NCBI GenBank assembly: GCA_000165345.1 | Contig: CM000434.1 | Span: 1 to 64,000 of the forward strand | Direction of reading: 5' to 3' | Length of the DNA: 64,000 nucleotides | Shown: piece after piece, positions 55,401-64,000 of the stretch | Layout: every line of letters starts with the position of its first letter | How positions within the stretch are numbered: position 1 is the stretch's first letter | Position numbers and translations under genes: made by a program | Notes under the pieces: generated by a model | Told to the model about the DNA's origin: nothing | What the model saw: the letters and a program-made list of their open reading frames with translations, nothing else | The model's database searches: none

Positions 55401-55999
55401 TCATTTCCAAATAGTTTATCAAGTATTTTTAAAGTAGATATTGACCAATCACAGTTTGGAGGCAAATCAGGGATTGAAAAATTTGAATAATAAACAAACT
55501 CATATGAATCGTTATCTTTAGATGTTTCTGTCAAATCATTATTATCCATGTACTTCTTTTTAATTTTTTTAAAATCTATTCTACATTGGCAAGAACTTAT
55601 ATTTTTGTATTCTATTTCAAAGGGATATAAAATTGGGTTGCTTTGAATTATTTTGTTTGCAAGTATTAATCTTAGAGTATGAGTTAATGAAAATGGAGCA
55701 TTTTCAAATGAAGCTTTTGATCTTTGAATGATATTTCCATTATTCTCAACCAGATTAGAGAGACTGTTTTTCCCTTCTTGATTATTTATTGAATTTGCAA
55801 AAGAAGCTGGAAGCTTTTGTGCAGAGTAAATATTTGAATTGGAAATTGGTTTAAATGAAGGTATTGAACCTCCATCCGTATATGATGTACCACCAACCTG
55901 AATTGAAAGTCTGCGTAAGTTACTACTTATATTACATTGAGAAATATTTATTGAATTAAGAACAAATAATATTAGAATTATAAGTATTAACCCATTCAT
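52448..55999 (-). CDS. Large secreted Cys-motif protein (1183 aa), COWP-like, with Asn-rich low-complexity spacers
   Basis: ATG at 55999 verified. Signal peptide MNGLILIILILFVLNSINISQC. Scattered CP-x-G-type modules: CPSNGLNSVYDHEIKSC, CDEPFVFNEPRKTC, CAEGSVYYDLQTC, ECPEGYTAQLEED, KCPKGTVSYDAY, SCPENTVLVATNTCKMKGYTDFTIECPKGYKLDEE, YCPPKFPENVF. The call rests on motif class only. Confidence 0.6.
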   Translation of the reverse strand: MNGLILIILILFVLNSINISQCNISSNLRRLSIQVGGTSYTDGGSIPSFKPISNSNIYSAQKLPASFANSINNQEGKNSLSNLVENNGNIIQRSKASFENAPFSLTHTLRLILANKIIQSNPILYPFEIEYKNISSCQCRIDFKKIKKKYMDNNDLTETSKDNDSYEFVYYSNFSIPDLPPNCDWSISTLKILDKLFGNETNTDININNTETYQFNNNSIFLNDSNSINELQNLNLQTPLDNMHALQEFDVDKKDDVESTNELKIKENENEENLSNATSNLNETKLLNQTKENTDDDNLLEKLAPQLSNVVIRSLNGLLQCIYRVPMDITPWRKSIPEYDYQKLSNNSEFWLNYTALNSDSWKEIDFSGNNSKINDYNINLKNKVRFSIEGFWSLITLIPKMVLSNLNTKDENTYNLCANERDSAELMLIDELIKNLNISREDYMLPTFSLLNIQPYNATYCSRPTGAELDIIGICPSNGLNSVYDHEIKSCVSITYADSVAFCPLSYSHSKLWGSHRGGGGCHVKQRKYLPSVPKCDEPFVFNEPRKTCVIETFAPGFPGCAEGSVYYDLQTCIMAYQVVKEYECPEGYTAQLEEDFFQKDISDVEHRKEKLNEASENFNKYYAPIIQEEPIMTRKVNDSESGIQSKSITKKFQNFKTKIKCFKKETDEVKYNGIGAPFCQNSTFSLKYDYNHSWMFEKGPRPYCEYKDVVVVDYKCPKGTVSYDAYISNGNDPPIVYRHEFINPFDTCIQVMKVPLQPKCTTKEEIPFISLREPLNYFEKTGIHIVTKEDIDNIDKESLFNPSEVIDNSLAISNTLFPEYIQDMDSENIDISMLNETETNLEKNETIIPSFGSTKKNVITEFITLNQVPNIEHSNIKNETSNENNSEEVIRRQLIEDLESINLINRNVEGKKKLPISPISLYDAIIGKTDYVIKIICLKVITAKPYLSCPENTVLVATNTCKMKGYTDFTIECPKGYKLDEEALLLLPPEHFRKAPPRCVSKQTVFTHYYCPPKFPENVFRPFEYNITKLYSLISEKMKNNSNPEVQQIDEKYQNNSILLDQSNNEIFINELNNTINHESTEHNVKDENLEIKNTTEDNLYPDFDYFNTSNFKIENIDKYNITNTRIFSMKSFGRTVVPSYSQKMCHEVDLIKPLWTMPLLLRIFLNNINLDKNNPQKENN

Positions 56000-56417
56000 A
56001 AAAGCTCATTTAATTTGTTAAAAAAAAAAAAATAAAATAAAATAATACCTTAAAAAACCTTAAACATAAATATATTAAACAAACAAATATCTTTAAATTT
56101 CCTCAAATATTTTAGGAAATAATTATAATAAATTTTTTAATGATAAATAATTCCTTTGTTTACTTTTTATTATATATAAATACATATATTAAGATAATTT
56201 TTACTTGCAAAAAAAAAAATAATTCAACGAATTCTATAAAATTTTCATCTTTAATTCATATCAAAAATAAATTTTAATTATAATATTATTTGACAATTTT
56301 TATTGAGTATTTTCTTCTTAATACAATTTTTAATAAAGGTTAATTTTTATTCTGTGTGCATTAAAAGTTGTTTTATATGCTCGGATTATAGTCGAAATTA
56401 TAAAAAAAATAATGAGT

Positions 56418-56951
56418 TTATTTCTTAGAAATGCTTCCAATTTCCTTATCGGCTCCAAGTCCTGACTGATTATAGTTCCTTTTCTTGAATATTTTTGGCT
56501 TTGTATTGTGTATTTCTGGATTGTATCCCATACCTCTTAACATTGCAATACCAAACTTATCTACAGGGATTCGAAAATTATCTTTATTAGTTGAAGAATC
56601 TAGATCATCCTCATTAGTATCGTTGGATGAATTTTTCTTATTTAAAAGTATCTCAATATTATTAACATTCTTGGATGATTTTAATGGGTTTTTGCATTCT
56701 ATTATTAATTCGTCATGTTCATCACCAGATTGTTGTTCGATTTCAGATTGTGTATTTGAAAAAGAAGTAATCAGAGTTCTTTTACATGGGATTGAATCTT
56801 TTTTGTAAGCTCCTTTATTATCAACTCCTGCTGATGTTCCTGTACTTGAATCATTTTCTTCAAAACCCATAATTGAAGAATTACTTTTTGCAACCGAGTT
56901 ATTTTTCTCTGATGGCTTTTTAATTGAAAAACTAAACTTTGAGTTATTCAT
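56418..56951 (-). CDS. Spp2/GPKOW-like G-patch protein, 177 aa
   Basis: ATG verified. N-terminal KFSFSIKK motif. C-terminal DKFGIAMLRGMGYNPE...SGLGADKEIG resembles the Spp2-type G-patch (FG.ALLRGMGW...GLG), with a spacer between the GMG and GLG halves. Confidence 0.45.
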   Translation of the reverse strand: MNNSKFSFSIKKPSEKNNSVAKSNSSIMGFEENDSSTGTSAGVDNKGAYKKDSIPCKRTLITSFSNTQSEIEQQSGDEHDELIIECKNPLKSSKNVNNIEILLNKKNSSNDTNEDDLDSSTNKDNFRIPVDKFGIAMLRGMGYNPEIHNTKPKIFKKRNYNQSGLGADKEIGSISKK

Positions 56952-57283
56952 ATTTGATTATATTCGAATAGAAATTTTAATTCTATTTTTATTTCTTTTT
57001 TCTTGGTATTATTTATAGTAAATTATGACAGTATATATATATATATAATACAAAATGATTAAAATAGTACTGTTCTTTAAGCTAGTTATTTGCAATTATG
57101 ATTTTATTAAAAAAAAAGAAAAAACTGAAAGAAATTCCAAGTATTAAACTTTAATCAATATTAGTGGTTCTTAAATTATTTTTCACATTAAATTCCATGA
57201 ATTCCATATCTTAGCAGTTTTTTTAATTCATTTAAGAAATCACAAATTCTTCCTACTAGTCTTAAATTCATGAATAAATAAAA

Positions 57284-57297
57284 GATGGCGCCAAAAC
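57284..57297. promoter_or_regulatory. GATGGCGCCAAAAC palindrome shared by the divergent G-patch gene (340 bp upstream) and the Beclin gene (170 bp upstream)
   Basis: Direct reading. Confidence 0.5.
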
Positions 57298-57462
57298 ACG
57301 TACATTAATAATTAAAGGTATCGTGAATAATGTAAATAAGTCTAAATTTAAAGTAAAAAAAAAAAAAAAGAATACAATCATTTAATTTGAACACGAATAA
57401 TGAATGAAATTATGAGTAAAGAAAATATTTGATTGCAAGCTTGTGTTATATTGTGATTTAAG

Positions 57463-58794
57463 ATGTTTTTATTAGGACTGGGAAGTAAGAAGATTGAAAA
57501 GCTGGAGGATGATCCGAAAGTAGAAGAAAACATGATTAGATCTTGTTCAAGGTGTGGGAGTTTCTTTGAGGTAGTAAATGATTCAGATGATGAATTAGAT
57601 CCTTCTGAGATTATAAATACTGTTGAATCTGTACATGATATGTTTATAGATTATTTAAGTTTAGAAAAAAGGAATCCTAATAATTTTGAAGACTTTATTT
57701 TACAATTTATGGAAGTTTCTTTGGAGAAGGATAATATGACTCTGAGTAATAAAACTAATGTTGAAGAATCACTTTGTGTGGATTGCATGAATTGTTCAAT
57801 TTCCCAATTTTCTATGGCTTTAAACAAGGAGATAAGTTTATTAGACAAATATAAGGAAATATCAGATTCATTAATTTCATCGGAATGCTATGATGAAGAT
57901 CAAATGGAAGATTCTGAGGTAAATTTTGAACCAACCAGCAAAGAATACTTGGAAATTATGAATATTTACAATGAATTCATAAAGATGGAACAATATAACC
58001 AAGAAAAGACGATAATTAATGACGAAAATGATAATGACGAAATAGATTGTACTGAAACAGATAAAGACATTAAAGAAGGATATGGGAAATGCAGGTTTCA
58101 AGTGATTAATACAATAGAAGTGGATGATATTGTTGAACTCAGACAAAACCAGAATCTCGAATCAAATTTAAAACATGAGTTAATTCAATATGAACTAAAG
58201 AGAGAAGGAATGAAAAACCATCTAGATTTTTTAAGAGGATACCTAGAAAGGTTAAAAAGATCGGATTTTCTGAACTTATCTTTTTATATACAAGTTATAG
58301 AAGGGGGAGCATGTATTAATGGACTTCGTCCTGCACTATTTGAAGCAGATTTTGATAATTGGAATGAGGTGAATGCAGCTCTTGGTGTCTCTGCTATGCT
58401 TTTGTATACTATTTTAGAACGTCACAAACTTCCTTTAAGTATTTACCCAAATGGGAGTTACTCTACTATTAAAGATTCAGAATCTTCAATATGGCCACTT
58501 CATGGTAATACTCTCTGTAATTCAGATTATAACGAATGTACTAACTTTGATAAGGGGATATTATCATTTGTATTTCTTATTGATACAGTATATAATATAA
58601 TTCCAGGAACTAATGAAACTTTACCTTATTCTGTTGATCAAAGAAATGGTACAATTGGAGGTATCAGTCTAAATTTGCTTTTTAATGAAAGAGAATCATG
58701 GAATAGAGCTATGAGTATGAATCTAATTAACCTCAAATGGTTATTAGTTAGATCATCTGAAAGTATTAGGAACAAATTAAACAATGAATCTTAA
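57463..58794 (+). CDS. Beclin-1/Atg6/Vps30 homolog, 443 aa
   Basis: ATG verified. N-terminal CSRCGSFFEV (the CxxC pattern also found at the Vps30 start). Central coiled-coil region. The C-terminal BARA domain (WNEVNAALGVSAMLLYTILERHKLPL...LINLKWLLV) parallels human WNEINAAWGQTVLLL...LTNLKWGLAW. Confidence 0.78.
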   Translation: MFLLGLGSKKIEKLEDDPKVEENMIRSCSRCGSFFEVVNDSDDELDPSEIINTVESVHDMFIDYLSLEKRNPNNFEDFILQFMEVSLEKDNMTLSNKTNVEESLCVDCMNCSISQFSMALNKEISLLDKYKEISDSLISSECYDEDQMEDSEVNFEPTSKEYLEIMNIYNEFIKMEQYNQEKTIINDENDNDEIDCTETDKDIKEGYGKCRFQVINTIEVDDIVELRQNQNLESNLKHELIQYELKREGMKNHLDFLRGYLERLKRSDFLNLSFYIQVIEGGACINGLRPALFEADFDNWNEVNAALGVSAMLLYTILERHKLPLSIYPNGSYSTIKDSESSIWPLHGNTLCNSDYNECTNFDKGILSFVFLIDTVYNIIPGTNETLPYSVDQRNGTIGGISLNLLFNERESWNRAMSMNLINLKWLLVRSSESIRNKLNNES

Positions 58795-58892
58795 TTTCAT
58801 TTTAAATTATATCAATATTATAAGAAATGTTAAGAGAATTCTTTTCATTCTTGTTTATTCCTCTAAAATTTCTCTTTAAGTTAATAATACAA

Positions 58893-59030
58893 TTAGTAAT
58901 AATACTAATAGTATTAATAGTAATAATAATAACAATATGATATTAATAATTATAATAATAGTTATAATATTAATAGCAATAATAATAATAATATTAATAT
59001 TAATAATAGTAATGCTAATAAATCTATTAT
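58893..59030. repeat. Imperfect (TAA/TAT)n low-complexity tract in the convergent Beclin/MCM6 3' intergenic region
   Basis: Direct reading (taataatactaatagtattaatagtaataataataacaat...). Confidence 0.7.
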
Positions 59031-59086
59031 TAGAAAAGTATGAGTAATAGTCTAAAAGTTTGAAATCTAATTAATTTAGCCAAAGC

Positions 59087-62000
59087 TTAGACTCTACTGG
59101 ATGCTCCATCATCTACTTCCTCATCAACCATTTCGTCATCGTCATCCTCATCATCATCATCCTCTTCCCCTTCTTGCAAAATTGTATTAATTTGATAATC
59201 TTTAAGCTCAGAATTCTTCATTTCTGGTAAAAAGTCTTCAGGTTCGAGATTCTCGTCCAAATTCAAAATATCGTTTTCACTCTCAACATTTTGTGAATCT
59301 CTGGATGATTCGTTGACTTCTTTTACATTTTGGAATGTACGGTAGCCAAAGTCTGCATGCCTTGTTAAAGGTTTATTTCCTGATGATGGTTGAGGTAATG
59401 TAATAGTATCATTTACATTGTAATTAGGATGTACCTTAACGTAAGTAATTAAGATAGCCTCACTTTCCTCTTCTTGATCATTCTCTGATTGGTTCCTTTG
59501 GCTCATAATCTCCTCCTGGAATGATATATACAAAATCATATCTCTGTGAATCATTCTTTGGATTGCCCTGTGGTACTTTTCTTCCAATTCTCCAAGTTCT
59601 TCTTCACTTTCTGGGTGGTCATACTCCGAAATATGCCATGTTATTAAATCTGTTATCGAGATTTCTGAATCCTTGTTACTTTGGAGCTTATCTACAAATC
59701 TTCTAGCTATTTGGAAATATTCATTGTATCCTATCGTAACATTTGCCTTCTTTTTACTCTTAGATGAAGATTTTATATTCTTTGAAACCCGTGATTCTTG
59801 CGACATTTCAGTATCTTCTCCTTCATCAGAGTCTTGATCATTTTTATCTCCTACTTTCTTAAGTCTATGACTCTTTCCATCCTTGTCTATTCCTGCAAAA
59901 TCTTTCACATTCTCTTCTTCTTCTTCTTCTTCTTCATCCCCATCTTCATCATACTCATCTAAATCACCCAAGTCTATATCATTATATCTAATCTTACTCA
60001 GAGAACTCTTAAAGATTTGACAAGCTTCTTCTACATGCTCTGGAGTAACTAAATAAGAGAATCTAAGCTTTGCAACGGCTTCAGAAAGTCGAATCAGACT
60101 TTCAAGTTGTCTTACAGTAATCCTCATTGCTTTAGCTCCAGAAGTAGCATCTCCCATTCTGAGAGCTTTGTAAGTTCTGACAAGTATAGTCTTTGCAGCT
60201 GGAGTAATGCAAGGCTTAAATGTTTTTGCATAGGCTATATACTGGTTTAGCTCATCCTTGGTGAGTTGAAGGTTATTAGAATCTGAAAAATTAAGATTAT
60301 CAGCAAATTGCTTTTGATTAAATGAACAATCATTATCCGTATTAGAATTAGATGCTTCATCCTGGGTAACTTCTCTTCCTGATACTTCAGTTGCTTTTGA
60401 ATGCAAGCCAACAATGAATGATGCAAGTACCTCATCATAAACATCTTCTGGATCATCAATCATTACAAAGAAAAGATCAAACCTGGATAAGATAGGGGCA
60501 GAAATCCTAACATTCTGTGAAAGAGTCTTAGATGGATTGTATCTACCACCCACTGGGCTACAAGCTGCCAAAACTGAAGCTCTAGCATTTAATGTAGCTA
60601 ATACTCCTGCTTTAGTTATTGATATAGTCTGCTGTTCCATAGCTTCATGTATTGCTACAACATCTTTATCATCCATCTTATCAAACTCATCAATACAACA
60701 GATACCCTTATCAGCAAGCATTAAAGCTCCAGCTTCTATTACAAAGTCACCCTGATCAGGATCTCTATGAATAGATGCTGTTAAACCAGCAGCAGTTGAG
60801 CTTTTTCCTGATGTATATACAGTTCTGGTAGAAAATTCATTAACAAATCTTAAAATTTGACTCTTCGCAGTGGATGGATCTCCAACAATACAAACATTAA
60901 TGTCTCCTCTCAACTTAATATTATCTTTAGTTCTCTTCTCTACTCCACCAACTAATAAAAGCAATATTCCTTTCTTTAACTGCGAGTAACCATATACATG
61001 TGGCGCAACATATTTAGCAAGCATATTAATTCCATTTGGATGTTGAGAAATTTCCAAAAACTTTCTAAATGAAGTTTCTTGTACATTTAAATCTTTCAAA
61101 TGATCAATCATACCACCTGTATTTGCTTCCAATTCTTGATTTACTTCAATTTCACTATTATTTAATTCATTATTATTTACGATACCTTGGACACCTTGAT
61201 TATGTTGATGATTAATTTGTTCAATAATACGTCCATCATCAGCTGATGCAATAGCATTAACAACTTCAATATGACATGCAAGGAAACAGAGACGATAAGC
61301 TAAATCTCTTACTCCTAAAGATTTAAGTCCACTAATTCCAGAATTATAATATTCATTCTGACTTCTACTTCTGTCTTTATAGACACTTGATGGTATTTCA
61401 CCAGGCTTCATTAGAGAAGGAACGTCAGGGGCAACAATTAACATTCCAGTAAAGATTACTTTATCTCCTGGTTTACATTTATCAACAAAATCACCTCTTA
61501 ATATCACATTCATAGACCTTGGCATTGATCCTGGTGGAATTTCAGTTGCATGTTCTTGAATTCTAAGTTTTTGCCAATCCCCAAAATCACAATTTTCGAG
61601 TCTAAGTTGCCAAGCTGTTCTATTTCCACATCCTTTAGTAGGACATACTGAAGGTAAAGAATATACAAATTGTTGTACTACATTATCTACAATACATCCA
61701 CATATTTCACATTCAAAACATGCTTTAATTAGTTCAGGTCGTACATCAGAAGTTCTTGTAATGGTTCCTCTTAAACTACAAAGTTTTCCAAGTTTTTCAC
61801 ATCTTAAAGTTCTTAAACTTTCTATCCATCTTAATCCATAGAAAGAAGCAGTATAGCCTCCTAATCCTGGATCTAATCTTCCATCCCCTCTTTCATCACC
61901 TATAGTAAAACTTTTGCAGAAACTGGTTACTAAGTTATCTATTGCTTGTTTATATTCACCATATTGTTCAGTTAAAGCAAGTAACATGGTTTGTCCGCTA

Positions 62001-62248
62001 ATTAGTCCATTATTATTTCTCTCTTCTTCTATATTTGAATTATCTCCTGAATTATTATTATCAATCGAAAAATTTAGCATATCATTTACATCAATATAAA
62101 CAGTTTTTGTTAATCTGGATGATAATAATTGTTCAACTTGTCTCACATACTTAGGTATACCTTCTTCATTCTTAAATGTTCTTAGAAAGTGTAGAAATGA
62201 TCGCTCCAAAGCAGGAGGAAATGAATTAAATGTTACATTATTAGACAT
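59087..62248 (-). CDS. MCM6: DNA replication licensing factor MCM6 with a C-terminal acidic extension of about 300 aa, 1053 aa
   Basis: ATG at 62248 verified. Zn finger CFECEICGC...CPTKGC. Walker A GDPSTAKSQ. The MCM box CCIDEFDKMDDKDVVAIHEAMEQQTISITKAGVLATLNARASVLAA and the SRFDLFF arginine finger are near-identical to the metazoan MCM6 block. Poly-Glu and poly-Asp tail. Confidence 0.85.
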   Translation of the reverse strand: MSNNVTFNSFPPALERSFLHFLRTFKNEEGIPKYVRQVEQLLSSRLTKTVYIDVNDMLNFSIDNNNSGDNSNIEEERNNNGLISGQTMLLALTEQYGEYKQAIDNLVTSFCKSFTIGDERGDGRLDPGLGGYTASFYGLRWIESLRTLRCEKLGKLCSLRGTITRTSDVRPELIKACFECEICGCIVDNVVQQFVYSLPSVCPTKGCGNRTAWQLRLENCDFGDWQKLRIQEHATEIPPGSMPRSMNVILRGDFVDKCKPGDKVIFTGMLIVAPDVPSLMKPGEIPSSVYKDRSRSQNEYYNSGISGLKSLGVRDLAYRLCFLACHIEVVNAIASADDGRIIEQINHQHNQGVQGIVNNNELNNSEIEVNQELEANTGGMIDHLKDLNVQETSFRKFLEISQHPNGINMLAKYVAPHVYGYSQLKKGILLLLVGGVEKRTKDNIKLRGDINVCIVGDPSTAKSQILRFVNEFSTRTVYTSGKSSTAAGLTASIHRDPDQGDFVIEAGALMLADKGICCIDEFDKMDDKDVVAIHEAMEQQTISITKAGVLATLNARASVLAACSPVGGRYNPSKTLSQNVRISAPILSRFDLFFVMIDDPEDVYDEVLASFIVGLHSKATEVSGREVTQDEASNSNTDNDCSFNQKQFADNLNFSDSNNLQLTKDELNQYIAYAKTFKPCITPAAKTILVRTYKALRMGDATSGAKAMRITVRQLESLIRLSEAVAKLRFSYLVTPEHVEEACQIFKSSLSKIRYNDIDLGDLDEYDEDGDEEEEEEEENVKDFAGIDKDGKSHRLKKVGDKNDQDSDEGEDTEMSQESRVSKNIKSSSKSKKKANVTIGYNEYFQIARRFVDKLQSNKDSEISITDLITWHISEYDHPESEEELGELEEKYHRAIQRMIHRDMILYISFQEEIMSQRNQSENDQEEESEAILITYVKVHPNYNVNDTITLPQPSSGNKPLTRHADFGYRTFQNVKEVNESSRDSQNVESENDILNLDENLEPEDFLPEMKNSELKDYQINTILQEGEEDDDDEDDDDEMVDEEVDDGASSRV

Positions 62249-62550
62249 CTTTTTCTATTTCCTTTCAGTTGAGGAGAAATAGCAGTAATAACAGAAAAAA
62301 AACAAGATTTCTTTTTGATCTTTCAATATTTTTCTCACTAAGCTTTGTTTTCACGTTTCTTCTAGTTTGATTTCCCACCTTTCTATTATTCAAATCTTTT
62401 TCTTTATGCTTTGATTCTCGAATTTATTTACAATATTTTTCGCAAGCTATTCTCACAATTATACCTATATGCACTAATACTTGCCTTTGCAAATATTTAT
62501 CTCAGCATTAATTTAAATTTAATTTATTTTACCGATACCTTTTTCCCCAC

Positions 62551-62560
62551 ATTTGGCGCC
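62551..62560. promoter_or_regulatory. TTTGGCGCCA in the MCM6/TatD divergent promoter (about 300 bp from each start)
   Basis: Direct reading. MCM genes are canonical E2F targets in other eukaryotes. Confidence 0.55.
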
Positions 62561-62863
62561 ATATTAGTAATTTAAGATTCTATTTAATGAGGTAGATATA
62601 TAATTTTGATTTTAATTAAAAATAGGTGTGAACTCATTTTTCTTTTTTTTTTTGAATAAATTTGATTTTTTTTTTCTGGGATGAATTTTGAGTTTTACAA
62701 TTCTTTTTTAGTTGATTTTGTTTAGAACTGAATAAATTCTTATTTTTATAAATTTGATAATATAATATTAAACCGGGATATTGATATGATTTAACAAAAT
62801 AATTTCAATTAAAATAAAAATTATTAGTAGAAAATTTTTAATTTTTTTTTGATGATTAAATCA

Positions 62864-64000
62864 ATGAAAGAGTTAAAATTTATAGATATTGGATCAAATT
62901 TGACAGATTTGATGTTTCAAGGTATTTATAATGACAAGAAACAACATGATTCAGATTTAGAAATGTAAGTATAAGAGTATTTTCAATAAATAGCTTCTTT
63001 TTTAATTAAAAAACAACTTATTCATTTGAAAATTTCTGATATTGGATGAATTACATTATTAATTTTCTTTTTTTTTTCTTTCCTTTCCTTTCTTTTCCTT
63101 TCTCATAGTGTAATTAAAAGAGCAATTAAAGGAGGTTTGGATAAAATTTTAATAACTGCAGGAAGTTATCAAGAAACTGTAGAAGCATTGAAAATTTGTG
63201 AGGAATTGGATCCAAAATGCGAATTATTATTTACTACAGTTGGTGTACATCCAACAAGAACAAAAGTAAGTTGAAATGTATGAATTTCAATAATAAATAA
63301 TTAAAACTTTAACAGGAATTTCTATGTAATGATTGTAATAAAAAGACTGATGAAGAATTGGATATAAATTGTAAGGACTGTAAAGTACATTCTGATGATT
63401 ATTTAAAAAGAATGAAGGATTTGATAAGAATGAATTCATGTAGAATTAAAGCAATAGGTGAATTTGGATTGGATTCTGATAGATTACATTTTTCAAGTAT
63501 GAAAATTCAAGAAAAATACTTTGAAAAACAATTTGAATTGCTTGAGGAATTTTGTTTACCAATGTTTCTTCATATTAGAGGTGACCAAGATTGTTATTCA
63601 AAATTTGTTAGAATAATTAACGAAAAAAAAAGTCTTTGGATTAAAAGAGGTGGAGTAGCACATTCATTTAATGGTAATTTGGAACAACTTAAGATGATTT
63701 TAGAGATGGATCTTGAAATTGGAGTGAATGGTTGTTCTTTAAAAACTCAAGATAACTTAAATATAGTAGAAAATATACCATTGGATAAATTACACATTGA
63801 AACAGGTAATGTTTTTTTATTATTAATTTTAATAACAAAAACAATTAATTTTCTTGATATTTTTATTAATGTTATTATATATATTATTTTTTATTTAAAT
63901 TAATTTGACTTATAATAGATTCACCTTGGTGCGATATTAAACCAACACATTCCAGTTATCATTTGATTGAAACACATTTTCCTCAAGTAAATAAACCCTC
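62864..64000 (+). CDS. TatD-family Mg-dependent DNase (TATDN1-like), with at least 4 exons: 62864..62964, 63109..63265, 63316..63805, 63919..>64000. The 3' end lies outside the window.
   Basis: Exon 1 MKELKFIDIGSNLTDLMFQGIYNDKKQHDSDLE(at) + GTAAGT. Exon 2 IVIKRAIKGGLDKILITAGS...FTTVGVHPTRTK + GTAAGT, after a long CTTTC-type polypyrimidine tract and CATAG acceptor. Exon 3 ...AIGEFGLDSDRLHFSSMKIQEKYFEKQFELLEEFCLPMFLHIRGD...AHSFNGNLEQL...GVNGCSLKT...LHIET(g) + GTAATG. Exon 4 (D)SPWCDIKPTH... Each block aligns with human TATDN1 (FIDIGINLTDPMF, ITGG, TVGCHPT, GECGLDFDRL, LPMFLHCR, VHSFDG, FNGCSLKT, IETDAPWCGVK). Confidence 0.8.

Noticed and set aside
59521-60755. Short plus-strand ORFs (61-72 aa) inside MCM6
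   Set aside because: Antisense to the most conserved part (MCM box) of the gene.

Overview
This window reads as the left terminus of a Cryptosporidium chromosome (C. parvum/hominis-like), most likely the left end of chromosome 6. The attribution rests on the TTTAGG-type telomere and on a bacterial-type 400-aa IMPDH about 9 kb from the end; an IMPDH with these properties is the locus published as cgd6_20, which I recall from memory and have not searched.

Positions 1-846 are a telomeric array of CCTAAA/CCCTAAA units, the C-strand of TTTAGG(G). The array runs straight into a compact, AT-rich, mostly intron-free gene array, with one bidirectional NHE promoter that is GC-richer than its surroundings.

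Genes with recognisable products:
- IMPDH
- CAAX prenyl protease Ste24 (M48)
- class I HDAC
- an MscS-like channel
- an SDS22-type LRR protein
- malectin, head-to-head with a PDI that has two CGHC sites and an RDEL tail
- two divergently transcribed, paralogous Na+/H+ exchangers
- a longin R-SNARE (3 exons)
- the TFIIA large subunit (2 exons)
- a PH-domain protein
- two adjacent oocyst-wall-protein (COWP) family genes with CPxG[YF]TL Cys repeats and His tracts
- an Spp2-like G-patch protein
- Beclin/Atg6
- MCM6
- a 4-exon TatD DNase that runs off the 3' edge

Secreted or low-complexity genes:
- a 15-bp-minisatellite mucin-like gene
- a Gly/Ser/Pro-rich, Cys-tailed secreted protein
- a Pro-rich ORF with no usable start codon
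- a 1562-aa signal-peptide protein. It is built from more than 10 degenerate modules of about 100 aa that look like lipoyl/biotinyl 'hybrid' motifs ([ST]PC[ST]G...C) and ends in a poly-Pro tract of about 45 residues. This is the most novel-looking object in the window.

A palindromic E2F-like element (TTGGCGCCAA, or GGCGG/CCCGCC variants) sits 70-450 bp upstream of most genes, and one TGCATGCATG element precedes the COWP gene.

Caveat: several 'M' starts in the supplied ORF track are actually TTG or GTG codons. I re-derived ATG starts and found three unannotated 5' exons/introns by reading the sequence.

No rRNA, CRISPR, transposon or prokaryotic system is present. tRNAs were not systematically searched and none were noticed.
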